Assembly (NCBI GenBank): GCA_035387745.1
Contig: DAOOON010000010.1
Span: 2,157 to 24,351 of the forward strand
Reading direction: 5' to 3'
DNA: 22,195 bases
From: an archaeon
GTDB lineage: Archaea; Iainarchaeota; Iainarchaeia; Iainarchaeales; CSSED10-239
Under the pieces are notes generated by a model. The model saw only the letters and a program-made list of their open reading frames with translations, searched no databases and was not told the DNA's origin. This document shows, piece by piece, positions 17,614 to 22,195 of this stretch. Made by a program: the position numbers and the translations under genes. Numbering within the stretch: the first letter of the stretch is position 1; each line of letters opens with the position of its first letter.

Positions 17614-17621
17614 TTTTTAAA
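17614..17621 (+). promoter_or_regulatory. Candidate TATA box for the tRNA gene
   Basis: TTTTTAAA lies about 26-33 nt upstream of the mature tRNA 5' end, consistent with archaeal TATA spacing. Confidence 0.35.
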
Positions 17622-17646
17622 CCATTTAGATTCATATTATTTATGT

Positions 17647-17720
17647 GGATCTATGGTGTAGCCTGGATAGCATGTAAGCTTGCGGAGCTTGCGACTTGGG
17701 TTCAAATCCCAATAGATCCA
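17647..17720 (+). tRNA. tRNA-Arg (anticodon GCG), 74 nt, no intron, CCA not encoded
   Basis: Manual cloverleaf fold. Acceptor GGATCTA/TAGATCC plus discriminator A. D-stem GTGT/GCAT. Anticodon stem TAAGC/GCTTG with loop TTGCGGA (anticodon GCG). T-stem TTGGG/CCCAA with loop TTCAAAT. Confidence 0.88.
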
Positions 17721-17741
17721 TTTTAAAATTTGTGAAAAAAT

Positions 17742-17996
17742 ATGCACTGGAAAAGAACAACTTTTGTATTGTTGATACTTGGCATACTATTCTTTGTAAT
17801 ATGGAACCAAATAGCTTGTCAAGGAATTTGTGGAGTATATCAAAAGAATATGTCTTTTATTATATTTCTTGTAATTCTAGTTTTTACTGCAATCTTTCTA
17901 TATTATTCTTTAAAACTGTGGGCCGGAGCAAAGAAAAAATACATAGAAAGAGAAGAAGATAAAAAAGAAAAAACTCCTGAAAAAGGCAGAAAATAA
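17742..17996 (+). CDS. Small membrane protein (84 aa, 2 TM helices, lysine/glutamate-rich C-tail)
   Basis: MHWKRTTFVLLILGILFFVIWNQ...FIIFLVILVFTAIFLYY then KKKYIEREEDKKEKTPEKGRK. Preferred over the overlapping 17696..17962 ORF, which starts inside the tRNA. Confidence 0.55.
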   Translation: MHWKRTTFVLLILGILFFVIWNQIACQGICGVYQKNMSFIIFLVILVFTAIFLYYSLKLWAGAKKKYIEREEDKKEKTPEKGRK

Positions 17997-18085
17997 GCGA
18001 TTTTAAAGCCCAAAATGCAGATATATTTAAAAAGAGTTAGTATCAAGATAATATATCTTTTATTATATAAAGGGGGTAAATAAAA

Positions 18086-18355
18086 ATGAATAAACAAACT
18101 TTAATAGAAGAAATAGGAAAGAAATCAGACCTTTCAAAATCAAAGATTGAGGAGACATTAAACCTTACACTTGATGCAGTAAAGGCAGTTGTTAAGAAAC
18201 ACAAGAAATTACAACTTGTAGGTTTTGGTACATTTGCAGTAAAGAATAGAGCAGCAAGAAAAGGAATTAATCCACAGACAGGTAAATCAATCCAGATTAA
18301 AGCAAGTAAAAGCGTTGGATTCAAAGTAAGTAAAGAATTCAAAAAGTCTTTATAA
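18086..18355 (+). CDS. hup: HU/IHF-family DNA-binding protein (89 aa)
   Basis: Clear similarity to bacterial HU: MNKQTLIEEI...LQLVGFGTFAVKNRAARKGINPQTGKSIQIKASK matches the HU pattern MNK..L......LVGFGTF.V..R..R.GRNPQTG..I.I. SD-like GGGGGT lies 8 nt upstream of the ATG. Confidence 0.93.
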   Translation: MNKQTLIEEIGKKSDLSKSKIEETLNLTLDAVKAVVKKHKKLQLVGFGTFAVKNRAARKGINPQTGKSIQIKASKSVGFKVSKEFKKSL

Positions 18356-18366
18356 GTTTAGCAAAC

Positions 18367-18409
18367 ACCCAGAAAAATCTAGTGATTTTTCTTGGGTTTC
18401 TATTTTTTT
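18367..18409 (+). terminator. Hairpin plus T-tract intrinsic-type terminator after the HU gene
   Basis: ACCCAGAAAAATC (18367-18379) pairs with GATTTTTCTTGGGT (18384-18397), giving 13 bp with one bulged T and loop TAGT. It is followed by TTCTATTTTTTT. Confidence 0.65.
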
Positions 18410-18473
18410 AATTTTAAATTAATTCTATTTTTAAATATTCTGTTTTAAGTATTGTCTATAATTGGAGATAGTT

Positions 18474-19046
18474 ATGGCTAAAATATTAAAGAAAATAAAA
18501 GAAATCACAAATAAAAAATTAGCAGATAAAAGATTAGAGAAGCAAAGACAAAAGAAAATAGAAGAACAAAACAGAAATGCAGAAGAAAACAGAAAAAAAC
18601 TAGCAGAATTTTCAAGACGTGCAGAAGAGATACAAAGAGTTGTTAAGAAAGTTTATGAAAACAGTTCTGGTTTAAGAGAGATATCAAGAACATTAAGAGA
18701 CCCAAAAATTACACAAAGAAGTTGTAAGAACGCATTTGATGTTGTTTCTGAAGGGATAAGACAAAAATATGGTTTAAGATTTGAATTTGCGGAGCCCGGC
18801 GTTGTTCAAGCATTAACGAATCAACCAGGTAATTATGCCACATATAACCTAAGAACCAAAACTTTTGTTATGGAAAAGATTCCTCATCCAGAAGACCCAA
18901 GGCAAATAAATCGGTATCATATGTTAAAAGAATTAAGACACGAATATGGTTATTTTCTGTTATTAAAAGAATATGGGAGTAGAGATAATATCCCATGGGT
19001 TGGAAATCTCGCAGCAACACACTTGTTAGATCAAATGCACGATTAA
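18474..19046 (+). CDS. Hypothetical protein (190 aa): basic coiled-coil-like N-terminus plus an unrecognised C-terminal domain
   Basis: The ORF track starts at TTG 18462, but the ATG at 18474 has GGAG (18464-18467) 6 nt upstream. The N-terminus is KILKKIKEITNKKLADKRLEKQRQKKIEEQNRNAEENRKKLAEF. The C-terminal half has no motif I recognise. Confidence 0.75.
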   Translation: MAKILKKIKEITNKKLADKRLEKQRQKKIEEQNRNAEENRKKLAEFSRRAEEIQRVVKKVYENSSGLREISRTLRDPKITQRSCKNAFDVVSEGIRQKYGLRFEFAEPGVVQALTNQPGNYATYNLRTKTFVMEKIPHPEDPRQINRYHMLKELRHEYGYFLLLKEYGSRDNIPWVGNLAATHLLDQMHD

Positions 19047-19099
19047 AGTTTAGATAGGCATTTTAAATTGTTTCGATTCAAATATTATATAGAAAATAC

Positions 19100-20392
19100 A
19101 TGGCTAAACTAATATTAGAAACAGCAAGAGGAACTAGAGATTTTCCTCCAAATGAAAAAATAATTAGAGACAAGGTTATTTATCAGATTAAAGAAATATT
19201 TGAAATATATGGTTTTTCTCCTTTGGAAACTCCAACTTTTGAAAAGCTAGAGATACTTGAAGCAAAGTTTGGAGCAGGAGAAAACTCAGATGCGATATCA
19301 GAAATATATAGATTTAAGGACCAAGGTAACAGAGACCTTGGCTTAAGATATGAATTTACTTTTGCACTTGCACGTTTTGTTGGACAGAACCCCCAGCTAA
19401 AACTTCCATTTAAAAGATACCAAATCGGCACAGTCTTTAGAGACGGACCAATAAAAGCAGGGAGATACAGAGAGTTCTATCAATGTGATATTGACATTAT
19501 AGGCGTGTCTTCGGTTCTTGCAGACGCAGAAAGCTTAGCTGTTGTTAGAGATGTTTTTAAGAAATTAAAACTTGATGTGATAATTGAAGTTAATGATAGA
19601 AAACTTTTAACTGAAATTATCAAGTATTCAGGAATTGAAGAAAAACAGGCAACATCAGTAATCATTTCTATAGACAAGCTAAAAAAGATTGGTATCAAAG
19701 GAGTTAAAGAAGAACTTCTTGAAAAGCAAATACCAAAAGACAAGATTGAAAAGCTTCTGAATCTCTTAACTGAAATAGAGAAAGGAACAAATGCAGAAAA
19801 ACAAAAATCCCTAAATAAACTTCTTGGTGAAACAGAGGGCTTAAAAGAAATTGAAGAACTTTTAGGTTATCTTAAGGACTTTTCTGTTGAGGTTGAGTTC
19901 TCTCCATCACTAGCAAGAGGGCTTGGTTATTATACTGGCCCAATCTATGAAGTGTTCTTAAAAGACCAATCAATAATGGGTGGTTCAATTGCTGGTGGCG
20001 GAAGATGGGACCAGATGATTGGAAAGTATATAGGTAATGAAAACCAGAATTATTCAGCAACAGGACTTTCCTTTGGAATAGAGCCAATTATGGATATTAT
20101 TCTTAAAAGAGACGGAACAACAAGGCAAACAGTAACAGACTTGTTAGTTATTCCAATAAAAACACAAAAAGAAGCAATAAAAGTGACTCAAGAGCTAAGG
20201 AAAAGAGGTCTAAAGGTGCAAGTTGATCTTTTAGAGCGGTCAGTATCTAAGAATATAGAGTATGCAGATAAGCAAGGTATTCCATACGTAGGATTCCTTG
20301 GCGAAGACGAAATCAAGCAAAACAAGATAAAGATAAGAAACCTAAAGTCTGGCAAAGAAGAACTGCTGGATATTGATAAAGTCAAATTATAA
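19100..20392 (+). CDS. hisS: Histidine--tRNA ligase (HisRS), eukaryote/archaeal-like class II aaRS
   Basis: N-terminal RGTRDF. Motif 2 region FRDGPIKAGRYREFYQCDIDIIG closely matches eukaryotic-type GRYREFYQCDFDI. Motif 3 is GGGRWDQMIGKY. C-terminal anticodon-binding-like domain (LLVIPI...EYADKQGIPYVGFLGEDE). Confidence 0.93.
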   Translation: MAKLILETARGTRDFPPNEKIIRDKVIYQIKEIFEIYGFSPLETPTFEKLEILEAKFGAGENSDAISEIYRFKDQGNRDLGLRYEFTFALARFVGQNPQLKLPFKRYQIGTVFRDGPIKAGRYREFYQCDIDIIGVSSVLADAESLAVVRDVFKKLKLDVIIEVNDRKLLTEIIKYSGIEEKQATSVIISIDKLKKIGIKGVKEELLEKQIPKDKIEKLLNLLTEIEKGTNAEKQKSLNKLLGETEGLKEIEELLGYLKDFSVEVEFSPSLARGLGYYTGPIYEVFLKDQSIMGGSIAGGGRWDQMIGKYIGNENQNYSATGLSFGIEPIMDIILKRDGTTRQTVTDLLVIPIKTQKEAIKVTQELRKRGLKVQVDLLERSVSKNIEYADKQGIPYVGFLGEDEIKQNKIKIRNLKSGKEELLDIDKVKL

Positions 20393-20410
20393 AATGTAGC
20401 CAAATAAAGC

Positions 20411-20424
20411 TATATATTTATAAA
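20411..20424 (+). promoter_or_regulatory. Candidate TATA box for a leaderless or near-leaderless fic transcript, bracketed by TGTAGCCA repeats
   Basis: TATATATTTATAAA is centred about 28 nt upstream of the ATG at 20447. TGTAGCCA occurs at 20395-20402 and 20426-20433. Confidence 0.45.
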
Positions 20425-20446
20425 TTGTAGCCACCTAATTATTTAT

Positions 20447-21385
20447 ATGTTTGTAGAAGAAAGAAAAACAGATTCTGGTAAAAAATACTACCTTGTCAAG
20501 TCTTACAGAGAGGGGACAAAAGTAAAGAAGTTTAGAGAATATCTTGGTTACAATCTAAGCAAAACTAAAATTCAAGTACTTAAAGAACCCGCAAAAGAAA
20601 GAATACAATATAAGATAGCAAACTTGAGAAAAATAAAAGACCCTTTAAAGAATCTATTATCTAAAGAAGAAATAGAGAGAATAAGAGAGCTACAAAAAGA
20701 AATACAAATTTTTCATTTATCAAAAGAACAATGGATTAAGTTTACAGAACAATTCACTTATAACACAAATGCAATTGAAGGTTCAACTCTTGAGGAAAAA
20801 GAAGTAAGAGAAATACTTGAAAAAAATAAATGGCCAATAGATAAAAGTAAAGAAGATATCTCAGAAGCTCAAGGAGTTAAAGAAGCAATTGATTATATAA
20901 GGGAAACTAAAGAACACTTGTCAGTTGAAATAATTAGAGAAATACATAGAATTGTTTTTAAAAACTCCAAACCCTTTGCAGGATTATTTAGACCAAGAGG
21001 TTTAGAGGTTGTTGTAAGTAATGGTTTTGGGGAAATTGCTCATAGAGGCGCTCCATCAACTCACGTTATTGAGCTTTTAGAGGAACTAACTGAATGGTAT
21101 AATAAATATAAAAGCAAATATCCTCCAATTCTTTTAGCAGCAGTTGTTCACAATCAATTTGAAAACATCCATCCTTTTCAAGATGGAAATGGAAGAGTTG
21201 GAAGAATACTAATAAACAACATTCTGTTAAAGCACAAAATACCACCAGTTGACATTACTCTTGAAAAAAGAATTGAATACTACCACACACTTCAAGAATA
21301 TGAAAATAATCAAAACATAAGACCAACAATAGAATTACTGCTAAAAGAATACAAAGCACTAAGAAAAAAACTAAATATCAAATAG
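20447..21385 (+). CDS. fic: Fic-domain protein (probable AMPylase), class II with an N-terminal inhibitory helix motif
   Basis: Canonical Fic motif HPFQDGNGRVGR (HxFx[D/E]GNGRxxR) at nt 21170-21205. Inhibitory motif [S/T]xxxE[G/N] = TNAIEG at nt 20765-20782. Confidence 0.92.
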   Translation: MFVEERKTDSGKKYYLVKSYREGTKVKKFREYLGYNLSKTKIQVLKEPAKERIQYKIANLRKIKDPLKNLLSKEEIERIRELQKEIQIFHLSKEQWIKFTEQFTYNTNAIEGSTLEEKEVREILEKNKWPIDKSKEDISEAQGVKEAIDYIRETKEHLSVEIIREIHRIVFKNSKPFAGLFRPRGLEVVVSNGFGEIAHRGAPSTHVIELLEELTEWYNKYKSKYPPILLAAVVHNQFENIHPFQDGNGRVGRILINNILLKHKIPPVDITLEKRIEYYHTLQEYENNQNIRPTIELLLKEYKALRKKLNIK

Positions 21386-21422
21386 GTGACCACAAAATAA
21401 GAAAATGTAGTCAAACAACAGA

Positions 21423-21430
21423 TTTATAAT
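21423..21430 (+). promoter_or_regulatory. Candidate TATA box for the toxin-antitoxin operon
   Basis: TTTATAAT, flanked by TGTAGTCA (21406-21413) and TGTATCA (21437-21443). This is the same arrangement as upstream of fic. Confidence 0.4.
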
Positions 21431-21476
21431 CACTTTGTATCACTAAATGTGTATGAAAGACACAAAAGGTGAGTTT

Positions 21477-21737
21477 ATGATAAATGCAAGAATACAATTA
21501 GATCCAGAGGCAAATAGAATACTTAATATGTTTAAGTCAAAATACGATTTAAAAGATAAAAGCGAAGCTATCAACAAATTTGTATTAGTACATAGCAAAG
21601 TTGATGAATACGATAATCTGGAAGTAAAAGACGAATATATCTATAAAATGGAAAAAGAAGTGTCTAAATTTTTAAAAAGCAATCCAAAATTTAAGAGTAT
21701 GACAAAAAAAGAATTCGATGACATATTCAAAAAGTGA
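21477..21737 (+). CDS. Putative type II antitoxin (small, DUF2683/RHH-like)
   Basis: The ORF is open from the ATG at 21447, but the ATG at 21477 has SD-like AAGGTGA 4-5 nt upstream. MINARIQLDPEANRILNMFKSKYDLKDKSEAINKFVL resembles small archaeal antitoxin-type proteins (family assignment from memory, unverified). It overlaps the downstream toxin gene by 20 nt. Confidence 0.55.
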   Translation: MINARIQLDPEANRILNMFKSKYDLKDKSEAINKFVLVHSKVDEYDNLEVKDEYIYKMEKEVSKFLKSNPKFKSMTKKEFDDIFKK

Positions 21738-22023
21738 TATTTTGACTTTTAAATGGCAATTCTCAGAAGCCCTAATTTCTAAAATAACGAAATTAGCAAA
21801 GAAAGATCCAGTTCTTCACGATATATTACGTAAAAAGATGGCCGAAATAATTAACCAAACTCCAGAAACAATAGAACATTATAAAAATCTAAAATATGGA
21901 TTATCGGATAGGATGAGAGTACATATCGGAAAGAGCCATGTACTTACTTTTGCTTATTTTAGACAAGAGAATTATATTTACTTCTTGGATTTTGCGCATC
22001 ACGATGAAATCTACAAAAAGTAA
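21718..22023 (+). CDS. RelE/ParE-superfamily type II toxin (101 aa)
   Basis: The size, the overlap with the upstream small gene, and the C-terminal pattern LKYGLSDRMRVHIGKSHVLTFAYFRQENYIYFLDFAHHDEIYKK match the RelE-like L.G....R.R.G.YR.I......I.I....H..EIY pattern. Confidence 0.7.
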   Translation: MTYSKSDILTFKWQFSEALISKITKLAKKDPVLHDILRKKMAEIINQTPETIEHYKNLKYGLSDRMRVHIGKSHVLTFAYFRQENYIYFLDFAHHDEIYKK

Positions 22024-22083
22024 CCATTGTCAAGTATTTTAAATTATTTCCATTCACCAAATATATATTAAGAGAGAAAAATT

Positions 22084-22195
22084 ATGATAACCACAATTGA
22101 ACTTAAACAAAAATACCTAGACTTTTTTAAAAGTAAAGACCACAAAGTAATTGAACAGGCATCGTTGATACCAGAAAACGACAATACCGTTCTTT
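22084..22195 (+). CDS. alaS: Alanine--tRNA ligase, 5' end only (3'-partial), bacterial-type N-terminus
   Basis: [38 protein letters not shown] matches the bacterial AlaRS start pattern (..E.R..FL.FF..KGH..V.S.SL.P.NDPTLLF). Only 37 codons are visible. Confidence 0.7.
   Translation, partial: [37 protein letters not shown]

Noticed and set aside
17696-17962. 88-aa + strand ORF overlapping the tRNA 3' end
   Set aside because: It starts inside the tRNA-Arg gene and overlaps the more plausible two-TM ORF 17742-17996 in another frame. The sequence has no recognisable features.
18462-18473. TTG start for the 194-aa ORF
   Set aside because: The GGAG in these 12 nt is better explained as the Shine-Dalgarno site for the ATG at 18474.
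18474-19046. Metalloprotease motif in the orphan protein (LRHEYGY)
   Set aside because: The sequence is HEYGY, not HExxH, and has no third ligand context. There is no support for a zincin fold.
4443-20403. All 16 minus-strand ORFs of 61-99 aa (4443-4679, 6516-6797, 8390-8656, 9704-9898, 10397-10582, 10922-11191, 11486-11698, 12958-13206, 13269-13484, 14128-14316, 17903-18097, 18043-18342, 19183-19431, 19480-19743, 19872-20087, 20188-20403)
   Set aside because: Nearly all lie antisense within, or largely overlap, well-supported + strand genes. 17903-18097 and 18043-18342 also run across the 17997-18085 spacer. Their composition is low-complexity or Ser/Leu/Phe-rich, as expected for antisense frames, and none shows family motifs or start-site signals.
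21447-21476. Upstream ATGs (21447, 21453) as the antitoxin start
   Set aside because: The ATG at 21477 has a good AAGGTGA ribosome-binding site, and the conserved-looking antitoxin sequence starts there. A leaderless start at 21453 cannot be fully excluded.
17647-22023. Integrated element at the tRNA-Arg gene (tRNA as an att site, with Fic/TA as cargo)
   Set aside because: There is no integrase and no convincing direct repeat of the tRNA 3' end downstream (only chance 8-mers such as TAGATCCA). The housekeeping genes hup and hisS lie between the tRNA and the accessory genes.
1-22195. CRISPR arrays, rRNA genes, transposases or IS elements
   Set aside because: I saw no regularly spaced direct repeats, no rRNA-like conserved segments, and no ORFs with transposase or integrase motifs on either strand.

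Overview
This is an AT-rich 22.2 kb window (roughly 30% GC by eye). Every credible gene is on the + strand. It looks like a reduced-genome episymbiont, most likely a DPANN archaeon of the Woese-/Pacearchaeota type. Evidence for that: tRNA-Arg with anticodon GCG, a eukaryote/archaeal-type HisRS, and TATA-like boxes about 27 nt upstream of start codons. A CPR bacterium cannot be excluded, because the window also has HU, a bacterial-type AlaRS N-terminus and a hairpin terminator.

The left ~17.6 kb is a cell-surface locus. It holds two collinear paralogous giant proteins with an N-in membrane anchor (at least 1968 aa, cut by the window edge, and 2191 aa). Both carry N-terminal CarboxypepD_reg-like beta-sandwich repeats, a jelly-roll/lectin-like block and a conserved 5-Cys C-terminal module I do not recognise. 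Between them lie three exported or anchored proteins of 178, 459 and 745 aa. The 459- and 745-aa proteins are paralogous beta-solenoid-like proteins, and the 745-aa copy carries glycine-rich GGxGG/FxxN repeats. Two translationally coupled small polytopic membrane proteins follow the second giant.

The right ~4.6 kb holds tRNA-Arg(GCG), a small membrane protein, HU, an orphan ~190-aa protein and hisS. Next come a class II Fic protein, a small antitoxin with a RelE/ParE-like toxin, and the 5' end of alaS. I saw no CRISPR array, rRNA, transposase, integrase or reverse transcriptase.

All functional calls for the surface locus are motif-level inference. The main candidate for something undescribed is the giant-paralog/beta-solenoid surface cassette.
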